64,000 nucleotides of DNA, taken from the NCBI GenBank assembly GCA_051294375.1, contig CM119264.1, forward strand, positions 12,092,263 through 12,156,262, read 5' to 3'. This DNA is from Paraspadella gotoi (taxonomy: Eukaryota > Animalia > Chaetognatha). Each line of letters starts with the position of its first letter. The stretch's first letter is position 1. The notes below the pieces were generated by a model. It searched no databases. It saw only the letters and a list, made by a program, of their open reading frames with translations, and had not been told where the DNA came from. The position numbers and the translations under genes were made by a program. Positions 54,169-64,000 of this stretch are shown here, in pieces.

Positions 54169-57100
54169 ATGGCGATCCTCGTCAAGAGCAGCGTACATGA
54201 TGTTGAGGAACGGCTGGATCAGTTAGGTTTCCAGCAGGTGTTGATTCTTGCGGTGTTCTTTTTAATCTGTGTATATTTGACTAATGATCAATGTTACTTT
54301 CTTAGCCCCTCGGAAGGATTCCTTGCCCCTTGTTTCAACGTTTATTGGCGGATTGGTCAGGACCACACCAGCCTTAAGAACGCGCGCAGGGGCCAGCGAT
54401 CATCTCTTTCTGCTGTCGGCCCGCCTGTTGGCGCCATCGATGCCCCGGCGAGTTTAAGTTTGGCTCTAGGGCAATCTAGCCTCGAGTCTTACAAGAACGG
54501 GAATAGTACTTTTGATAGTAATATTGGTTAATTTTACTTTGATGGTCTTTTATTTTTATTCTTCCCAGAAAACGCGAGATTGGTCAGGGAAAACACCGAT
54601 ATCCATTGAGCTTTTTGCGGAAAAGGAAGATCGTGAAAAAACTGTCAAGGTTACTAAATTTTCATTGATTCTGTCTTTTTATAGTCAATGAACGTTTTTT
54701 AAACAGGACTTAAAGAGCAATTTTGCAAGGTGGAGCACAAATACAGATTACGATTCCTTACTCTCAATACCTTCACAAGTAAATCTTTGGAGCAAGAGTC
54801 TACGAGAAACAAAAAAATCCTCAAGCTGCAGGAAAATTTTCAGCTGTTGTCCAAACTCCAGGTTTGAGGGAATTTTATAGTCACATTAGAGCGTTCTCTT
54901 GATTTGTATTTTCTTTTGCAGGCGGGAATAAAAAAAAAGTCCCTTTCCGGCGCCAACGAATGGATATCGAGTCTCTATTGCCACCCGGCGACCCTTGACT
55001 ATTAGCCAGGATCGTCTGCTAAGTCTCCCTCGACTTGATAGCTGTGTCTGACAAAGAATTGCCTCTCTGGAAAAAGAACTCGGTTGAGTCGCGTTGATAT
55101 TTATTTTTTCTATTCTATTCTATTTAGTCATGAATTCTAAAAATATCGCAGCGATCTCGAGCATAAGGCGGAGACTTACATCCTCCCGAGATCTGCAGAA
55201 TCAATTGACGCACGCGATACCGAAATCGCGCGGCTTCATACGACTACTTGATGGGGAGACCAGAAGCCGCCGTAGACGCCTCGGCTAGAGAGGACGCTAT
55301 GCAGAGGAGCCCAAAGGATGAACGACCAGATCACTCTGCTCACGGAAGAAAACAAAGCCCTTCACGATCAGGTTATTTATCGTTCAGGAAATTTATTGGT
55401 TAGTATCGCACTTATCAGGAAAATGTTTGCGGTTGCTGAGTTTAGGAGCGGTTTGAAACACGCATCAAAATTAAAACAACACCCCCAGCGTGCGAAAATG
55501 ATATGTGGACGCGACAATCTTATCCGAAAATGATGCGTCCACAATTGCGTATTTCTTAACAATAGTTTTTAACATTTCTTTTCAAAAAAGAATCCGTCCT
55601 GGACCAGCGCTTATCAAGTCAGAATTAGAATCCTTTGACAACCAAAGTTGCGGAGCTTAAGCCGCCAAGGAAGGGTTGTAAGCGACAAGTCCCTTGAGGT
55701 AGAGGAGACCAAGGTACGATTGAGGAGGTGGAGACTTGTTGAAGCTCGAGAGCGAGAGTGTCCGATGCTCGCCTTATCTTCGAAGCGGAGAAAGAGGCCT
55801 GGACGAAGAGCTCCTCGAATTTGAAGAAAATGAAACGACGTCGTTGAGGCGATTGAAGAGCTGAGGAAGAATAAGAAATTCACGGCGGCGAATTCTCGAA
55901 TTGAAGAATCTGGTGACGTTGCAAAAAGGTTCGTTATCCGTGATTGGCCCAGTTTTTCTTTATATTAAAATTCTTTAATCCGACCTTGTCACGTCTGCAG
56001 TCATTGGATGGTCAGCGTCACGACTTGGTGACGACAGAAAGAATCGGCGCATATTGAAGACGAGTTGGCTGCGGAGAGATCTACCTCGTGACCTAAGAAA
56101 TAAGAGGGACAATCTTCGTGGTGAAGTCAAATTTTGGAGGAGAAGTCTCGTCACACAGAAACAACTGCAGAACCAGCGACGATAAGGATAGAATTCAATT
56201 GAAAGCTCATCCAGGTAAAAATTATTTTTTTATATGGAACTCTCCCAATCAAACCCAAGCTAAAATCACAATGTTATAATTACCGCAATCTACATTTCCT
56301 TCGCTAGGTTCAAACGAGCTTGAGCACGCGTACTTAAAATGATTAAAGGCCCAGACAGGGACGTCAATGAAAATATACGGGTAAATGTTTGATGGATATC
56401 ACCTAATCTATTTTAATTAAAATTACTTCGTCTCATCTCCAGAACCGAGTTCCACCGATCGTCTCGTAGCACACTCGGTCGTCAAACGCCTGGAGAGTGA
56501 GCGAGAGTCGTTGCTCAAAGACCGGAAGCATTGACCGAGAAAAGCTTCCGTGGAGGCGGCGAATGGCTTCGATCGAGCAGAATCTTTGCAAACTCAGACG
56601 CAATCCATGCGCCAAGTCAATCAGCTGGAGAGTGCGGTCTCCGCGCCGAACGCGAAAGAGACAATGCCCTCGCCGGTGCAGTCATCTTCGCGAAACTCTG
56701 CAGTCCATGAGGCAGCATTTGCATAGATGGAGCGCCAACTTCGCGTCAACCACGACGAACTCCGCGAAGAACGAGGGCACGTGGCCGAGTTGCGGACGCA
56801 ATGCGCTGCTGCTCAGAAGAGACGATCGATTTGCGCCGCAACTCTCCGCCGCTGCGTCGTCGGTCAGCGCCAGCGGAGAGAAAACGATGACAGTCGAGAC
56901 GAAGGCAAAGAGTTGAGTTTAAAGCTTCACGCGACGAGAACGAATTGGAAAGCTAAGGCGGCGCTTTCGGTGGTAAGTTTTGCGCTGGGTAATGTTTGTG
57001 ACCAAATGCGAGATGAGGTTATATTTATCTATTCAAGGTCGATAAAGAACGTGATTTGGCCCAAGAAGCTCTCGACGATAAGACTGAACATTGGCAACCT

Positions 57101-58594
57101 TACCGCGAAATGAAGAATACAAAGATGCTTTAAAGAATAAGAAACCGAGGGTATTTAATGAGTCAATATTTCTGTTTTGAGGAAAGTAAACCTCTTTTAG
57201 TTCTCCTACGATTCAGATCAAGGCTCTGGGGAAGAATTGGATCGACAACGTCTGACATCGACGCGCGAGAAAAAAATTGCGCCACTCCAAGAAGACGTGA
57301 GATCTCGCGCCGAGTCGAGACGAATACCGTCAAGAGAAAGAGGCGTTGTCGAGGAGGAAACCGGAAGTTGACGGAAGACGCGGCCGAATTGACTTCGGAA
57401 TACAACGGCTCAATTAGAAGGAGAAACGGTCCGTGACAGACTCTCAGCGGTTGAGCTGGAGCTTGCTTAGAGAACAAGCAAACCTTTCGCAGGTCGGTTT
57501 GCCATGTTTCTGGTCTAGCAATTCCCAATCTTGACGCAATTTTTTTTTCAGGCTTCGAAAATCGTGAAGGTTTCATTCTATCACGAAGAACTAGTGCAGC
57601 AATCCAGGCCATGTCTCGCAGATGCAGCTGCTGGATCAGCGTGTAGAGATTGGAGGGGAAAATGTTAGGCTACAAACGGAATCGGGTCGTCTTTACGAAC
57701 GTTGTGAGTTCACGTTAACTACAAGTTGTGCCAAAAAAATATTTCTGGCGCGGCACTACAGTATTACAGTTATCCTATTTCACCCTCTCCAGTCTCAAAT
57801 GGCTTCCCATGTTGAGGACTGACAACAACGACTTCGGTCTTCGGAAGATGAACGAAGCATGAGCGATTCCAGTCCCAAATTTGGCCACAGAAATACAGAG
57901 TAAGATGATCTCAAGGACGCCAGACAGGTATCAATGACAATGTGACGTCATCTGTGAACTTTTTTTATTTTACTATTAAACATTACAATTTTACAGACGA
58001 TCGCACCTTGCAAAGTGATCTTCGGTCACTTAGAGGGCTCGCCGCACAGTTAGACGCGGCTAAGGAAAGATTCAACTAGAACTCTCAACAAGATACACTT
58101 TGTCAACAATTAATCAGGTACTTATATTGTTTAAATACCAATAATAATAAATTACCAAAACACTAATTCTGATCTTCGTTGATTCGTATTACGTACTACC
58201 GGATTCGTTTTTCCCTGTCAGGAAATTTCCGCACGACGGCTCGAGTCGCGACGCCACTCCGTTCTGCGCTGACGACGGAGCAGCGTCGGTGGTGGGTTTG
58301 GAGTCGGTGGTGGCGTCGTCGCGTGAGCGGAGTTCGTCAGTCGCGTCGACATGGAGAAGATGAGAGACGAATTGGAGCGCGAATGAAGCAGTTGCCGAGG
58401 CAAAGGAGATGGTTGTCGGGCAGGCCGCTGAGGTGGACGGTTTAAGGAAGAATGTCGCGAACTGGAGTCTTCCAATCCTTCAGTGGAGCGGAACTGACCA
58501 ATTTGCAATACGAAGCGGAGCTTAGTGGTCGTCGCCTCTTCTAACGTTTCACGAATAAAGCTTCGGGGAAAAGCGGGTCGTCGACAAGATGGAG
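54169..58594 (+). pseudogene. CEP135: Frameshifted, 3'-truncated inverted copy of CEP135 (probably artefactual)
   Basis: ORF fragments match the - strand gene (RLDQLGFQQ, MNDQITLLTEENK, MERQLRVNHDELREE); truncated at the N gap. Confidence 0.75.
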
Positions 58595-58969
58595 NNNNNN
58601 NNNNNNNNNNNNNNNNNNNAGTTTTTTAAAGATTTTGACCCACTTAATGAAATAATTTTCTAAAAAGAAATATATTTCTTTTTATCAACTTTTCGTAAGA
58701 AATTCGAATCTGATTTTAAAAATTAAAACAAAAAAATTAATTTTTTTTTATTTTGAGTACTATGTATAAATATGGGCGTATGCGAAAATTGAAAAATACA
58801 TTTTTTTTATATTTAAAAATGTTCACAGTTACAAGCCTATTCAATGAACAGTGTTCATGATCGAAATTTTGATTCTACTTGATTTTAATATTTTTTTCTA
58901 CGCTTTATTGGTCAATGGTCATGTACCTAATTTGCCAGAAAATAATCAAACCCGGGCTTCGTAAATAAC

Positions 58970-59515
58970 CTGCAACTTCGAGGCAAAGTCTTGCGCCACG
59001 ACGAAGGACAAAAACTTTCTCATCGCTTTGGCGTTTCCGATTGCCGAGGCGGCGCTACGCGACGTCGGCGCAGGAAACGACAAGAGAAACGACTCTTTCG
59101 GGGAAACGAGGGTAGAGCCCAAGACGAGCGCTACTTCCGGCACGAACTCCGCGGCGGCGAAGGCGTCGTCGATGAAATCGAAGACGACGCCCAGACGAGC
59201 GAGGAAAGCGTCGCGGCGACGAAGAGTCAATTTGGGTCGTCGAGCAGAGGTCGCCGCTTTATTAATCGTCTCGAGCGCCCCGCGCTCTTCGTCCGCTCGT
59301 TTGTCGCCCGCCAAGATGTCGACGGGCGTTGGAATTTGATTCCTCACGTAGATGAGGTACTTAAGGGTTTCCTTGACGAGGGAGCCCCGAAGGGCGGAAG
59401 GAAGATGCCCGTCGAAGTTGATCGTGGCTGATGCGTCGGGAATAGTTCTTATAGGTCGGGTGTGGAGTTTACGCGCTTTAACGCGGGATTCCGATAGTAT
59501 TTTTGGGTTTTCCAT
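58970..59515 (-). CDS. MAD2L1BP: MAD2L1-binding protein (p31comet), exon 1
   Basis: 'LVKETLKYLIYVRNQIPTP' and 'VPEVALVLGSTLVSPKESFLL' match the p31comet HORMA core. Donor CAG|GTTATT (phase 0) joins exon 2 to give ~352 aa. Confidence 0.85.
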
Positions 59516-59751
59516 GATAAACTATCACCCATGGACATTTTAGTTCTTCATTATATATTTAAAACAAGAAAAATAAAGAACAATATAAGCATAAAAAATG
59601 TAAAGCTAATATTAATAATTGCCGATAACTTTGAATGACATGAAATAAAAAAAAAGTCACGAATCAAAAACCAAATCAATAATTATAAAGTTGTATTCAA
59701 ATATAATCAGAACCTTTGTAGATTGTACATCATTAATACCACTTTTAATTT

Positions 59752-61335
59752 CTATAGTAATTTTAGAGATGGGATTTCCAAAGTACGCTTATCCGAGCAG
59801 AAAAAGGCAATTCCTTTTTCATAATAAGCGGCTTCGTTGATAAAAAGCGGATATGTTCCTCTGGTTCCGTCCCAAACGATTTCTTCTTCATTTGGTTTTA
59901 AAAATATCGGTCGACCGACTTCCAAAAATGTGTAATCCTTGTCCTACGCGGCCATAGGATAATCGACATACGTCAAAAAATAAACAAATTTCTTAAAAAG
60001 ACTGCAATTCTATTGAAATTTGTACCAACGGGAGGGTACCTGTAAATCTGGATGAATTACAGCCGCGACCTCGTGGGGCGAGTTTCCGTCACGCGGAAAG
60101 TCGACGGTCCCCGTAGCAACGAACACTTCCGCCATTTTTTTTTCAGAGATACGAACTTCGTTAAGACTTTGCAAAAAGTCCAAGACGAACTGGACCGCGA
60201 GCTTTTGCCGACGTACGACGTCTGCCCGATAAACTCCCTGGGGTTGTGGACCAACCTCTATGACCATGCCGAAATTAGTAGACAGCGTTGAAGCCAATGT
60301 GCTTTTCGCTAAACGAGCTGAGGTGACAAAAATCTCGCAAGGAACCGGAGGATCCATTCGGCGAAAACGAGACTAGGTACGGAGAGATTTCCTCAAGTCG
60401 TTTCAATAAAATAAGAAAACTAACCGGCAAGGTCAAAATGTTGCGCCGCTACACTTGACTCAGATAAACAAAATAACATAAATATATAAAATTTGTAAAA
60501 TAAGTATCTTTTCATTAATCATAATATACATATAAAATATGAACTTAAAAGATTATGCCACAAAACTATTTTTATATTAAAAAAAAAAAACCAGTTAACT
60601 TAATGATCACATAACTGCACAAAGTACATTGTAAAAGTATGATACATATTATATTATGCATCTTTAGGTACCTCACCTTTTTAATAAATAAAATAATATT
60701 ACTAAATTATAAATATTTAAAATATAAATAAAACACATTCCTACCCACCGACCAAAAAGTAACTTTAGTGCTCGTGGCGCAACTAAATCACTCGAACGCT
60801 TTAAAAACGACACCTGAACGTATAGCGCCGCATGCAACGAGAGCCAGTGGCGCTCGTTCTTTGTAACCCATTCGTCAAGGCTGGGCGACTCATCTATGAA
60901 ATGATGACTGAGAAAATAACCACATTATCAATTTCAGAAATCAGAATGACACTGATCTCAGGCTATTTACTTGACTAGTAGCATCACTCCCACGTTAGAA
61001 GTAGTATTGTGCAAATCGACCAAAAATTGATTCTTTCCCCCAAATTCTCGTTCGAGTTCAATGACGCGTTTCGTCTCATATGGCGTGACGTTGTCGACAG
61101 GCCGTTCCAGGTTTTTCCCGAAGTTGCGATTAAGGTCGACGTCGATGTATCGACGGCAGCGCTCGACGGCCAGCTCGTTGGTCAGGATAGTCGAAACGGA
61201 CAAGGAATCTCTGTCCAAAGTCACCGCACCCTCGGGGGTAAGCCAAAAACGCCATAAAAAGACGGAGCTCAATTCGTTTCCATGGGTTCCGCACAAAATA
61301 GCTAATTTTTGAATAGAGGAAATTCGAGTTTCCAT
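59752..61335 (-). CDS. ASPA: Aspartoacylase / aminoacylase-3 family (AstE_AspA) zinc hydrolase, multi-exon
   Basis: Motifs 'GTHGNE', 'RYIDVDLNRNF', 'DLHNTTSN', 'IEVGPQPQGV', 'DFPRD', 'IHPDLQ|DKDY' and 'PLFINEAAYYEKGIAF'; TAG stop at 59754-52. Internal exon boundaries are not fully resolved. Confidence 0.93.
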
Positions 61336-61527
61336 TTTGCTTCTAAAACATAATAAAACATTAATAACAAAAAGAATCTTTCCGTTTGCTTTATCCCATC
61401 TCCGGTGAACCCATAAGAGGCTTTCACGTGACAACAATAACATTGAGAAAAACAAAATCTATTTTTTTTAATATAACGTAGTCGAAATGTTGGGGGTGGT
61501 TTTATGAAGAATCAAAACCGCCACAAA

Positions 61528-63969
61528 TCAATCTAGGGGCGGCAACTTTCGTAGTTGGCGCTCTTGATATCGTTTCATGGAATCGATAACTTTTTCGTAT
61601 CCTCGTCGCTCCGCATCCATTTTCTCTCTATGACACCTTTCCTCCAATTCGATCTTTTCACGGAGCTGAAAGAGAGCCGCTCTTGCGTCATCGGCTACAG
61701 AGTTAGCACCGTTGAGATTCTTGGAAAGCAGTTCTTTCTCGTGTCGCAGGTCTTCGACGCCGCAGTGTTTGATCCTAGTGGCGTGGGCCAATTCCAGCTT
61801 GGTCATTTTTTCCACTTTGGAGGCCTCCAAGCGGTCAAGCTGCTGCAATTTTCCGCCGAGGGTGCCATACTCTTCTTTCCGAGCAGCCAGCACGTCCTGG
61901 AGCTCTTTCAACTTTGGTTTGAGTTCCTCGCATCGCGCAGCTTCGTCCTCTGTCGATTTTAGAGTTTGAAGAACCTTCACGAGGGCTTCGTTGGTTTCTT
62001 TAACCTTAAGGGAGAAAAATATTTGTAAATTTAAGTCCATTTTAACGAAATATGTTTTTATACTTTTCTCTTTGATGAATACTTAATATTTACAGTTTAT
62101 ACCGTAGTAATTTAGCTAAATTTTTGGCCCGTTTGATTATATCTATCGTCCCGTTGAAGTCGTAACTAAAATTTAGCCGAGTAACAAGGTAAACAAACTG
62201 AAGTGTTTCAATCTCTCGAATCTTATCGATAGTCGTCGTCGTCGTCCGCTATCACTTCTCTTCACCTCTGCCCCTCTTTGCCCGGTCTCCTCGATGACGC
62301 CTTGAACTTGAGCGATCTCCTGTTGGTTCCCGACTAGCTTGTTCTTTTGTTCTTGAATCTCCTGTTGTAATTTCTCCGGCGATGGAACGATGTCCCGATT
62401 GAGATTCTCCACTTCCTCCTTCAAAGTTGCCTTTCGCAATTTCAGGTCGTCGTTAGACTTTTGAAGCTCGGATGCTTCCAGCTTTAGATGACGAATCTCT
62501 GGTCAGTTTTGAAACATTTTTAGAAAGTTGTAGGGTCGATGACAATGTACTATAGTAAATATGAATTAAACTAAGAGCAAAGTTTCCCTAGTCAATAGTA
62601 ATCCATCTCACTTGTGTCAAGTTCGGCCTGGCTTGCTTTGAGATCATCAATGGCTTTTCGCTTGTCCTCGATCTCAGCTTTTTTGGACCGAACCAGATGA
62701 ACGTTTTCTTCACGAATCTTTAGCCGATCATTGATCCACGACTTTGTTTCGTCAATTTGTTGTCGAAGTCCTTCTGACTGACTCCGAGCTTTCTTTTCGC
62801 GACTACCAAATGTAAATAAAAAGAATATAAAAATCAAGTAATAAATAAAACAGATTCTACATCAATCCAGCATTATAAAAAATTGGCGATCCCGGAGTTG
62901 AATACGCTCTGGAGGCTTATGGGAAAACGAAGAAAGATAAAAAAATAAATTTCGTTTCTATACGGAAAAGAAAATTTAAGACTAACAACAATTATAATAA
63001 AAACGTTGATAAGCTTCATGGGCGAAGGAATTTTTTTTTAAAATATTAGTATTTATAGTATTTTTTTTCGTTGCTTTAATAGATATTTATAAAATAACAG
63101 TTTTTATTTATGATTTTAACGATCATTTAATAATTGGGACATGTTTCGGTTTTTGTTCTTCGAACCTTCATCAGCCAGTTTTGATAGTTTTGAAAAATAT
63201 TTGGATTCTAACTTTGAGAGAAAGAGAGAGGCAATTTTAACCTTGATATCCTTTCTCTCTCTCTCCGAATTATTAAAAGATCGTTGTAATCATAAATAAA
63301 AACTTATTGTGTAAATATAATTATTATATTTTTTTATAAATTTATTAATATTAAAATATTTTTTTTAAATTTTCAATTATTATATACTTAAGCTAAACTT
63401 AAGTTTAACCCTAACTTACCCCTAATCTATTTTTAACCCTAACTTATTTTTTTTGTTATCTTACACTTATTCTTAATTTATTCTTATCCATAATTTATTA
63501 TAACCTTAATTTTTACCCAAATATATAACAAAAATAACAAATATTTAAAAATTGTGATATCTGAATTCCTTTTATTTTTTTCCTAGAAATTATCCTTTTC
63601 CGTTACATTTCTTTCGTTCCTCTTCTTTTTCCGTTAATTCTTTATGAAAAACCTTGCTCTTTGTTTTCCATATGCATCCAGAGCGTATTGATCTCCAGGA
63701 ATGCCAAAAAATTACTTGACTATATCGCTGGACATGCTGACTGTGTCCTCGCGATGTCGGCAAAAGTTAATGATGGCGCTGAGAATTTTTTCTAGACGCT
63801 GAGGATTAGGAGTGGTTATGTCGGCAAGCTTGAAGTCAGTGTAGCGACACGTGTATAAAAACCAGGACATAACCTTCGATAGGCGCAAGTACACCATAAA
63901 ATCGTTTTGAAGCTCGGGAAATGGGAGAGCGCTGTTCTCTTCGAACGTTAACATTGTGAGCTGCTCCGC
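61528..63969 (-). CDS. NUF2: Kinetochore protein NUF2 (NDC80 complex), 5' end outside the window; exons 63969-63716, 62802-62612, 62498-62266, 62004-61528
   Basis: CH-domain end 'DFKLADITTPNPQRLEKILSAIINFCRHRE', 'IVPSPEKL' motif and long coiled coil; splice phases are consistent. Confidence 0.9.
62883..63707. mobile_element. ~825-bp element with ~50-bp imperfect terminal inverted repeats filling a NUF2 intron; internal (T)AACCCTAAC-like repeats
   Basis: TTGGCGATCCCGGAGTTGAATACGCTCTGGAGGCTTATGGGAAAAC (+, from 62883) vs TTGGCATTCCTGGAGATCAATACGCTCTGGATGCATATGGAAAAC (-, from 63707). Confidence 0.75.
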
Positions 63970-64000
63970 CTTAAAATAAGAAGAAAGTGAGGTTGATAAA

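Larger units (their letters stand above)
49868..58594 (+). repeat. ~8.7-kb inverted copy of 40293-49213 (probable assembly artefact / alternate haplotype)
   Basis: Reverse-complement match throughout, introns retained, ~190 bp net shorter through many 1-bp deletions; ends abruptly at a 25-N gap. Confidence 0.95.

Noticed and set aside
62005-62265. Apparent NUF2 exon with an in-frame TAA, and none of the eight genes ending in TAA (possible stop-codon reassignment)
   Set aside because: Treating 62005-62265 as one intron gives an in-frame join with the expected coiled-coil spacing after SPEKL. The traced CEP135, DLGAP5 and SASH1 exons contain no in-frame TAA, and eight stops is too small a sample.

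Overview
Intron-containing animal (probably invertebrate) genomic DNA: AT-rich, microsatellite-rich, mostly ~55-110 bp introns, with clear long-read gap-filling scars (three runs of exactly 25 N). On the + strand are a two-exon ~1588-aa SAMD5-SASH1 fusion (SKIP-like SAM...SH3-SAM scaffold) and TMEM165/GDT1. On the - strand are an intronless 4-TM protein with three PPxY motifs and a tightly packed same-strand run NUF2 > ASPA > MAD2L1BP (p31comet) > DLGAP5 > CEP135 with stop-to-start spacers of only 96-333 bp. Four of these five are mitotic or centriole genes, so the run is a candidate polycistronic, trans-spliced 'mitosis operon'. An 8.7-kb inverted copy of the MAD2L1BP exon 2/DLGAP5/CEP135 block lies inside the MAD2L1BP intron. 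It is most likely an error-rich second haplotype mis-anchored on a foldback element. Other notable signals: two diverged ~240-260 bp elements with 4-bp target-site duplications and covarying helices, a 42-bp hairpin that pairs fully only on the operon strand, and imperfect inverted repeats in most of the enlarged introns. All family assignments come from motif recognition by eye; no database search was run.
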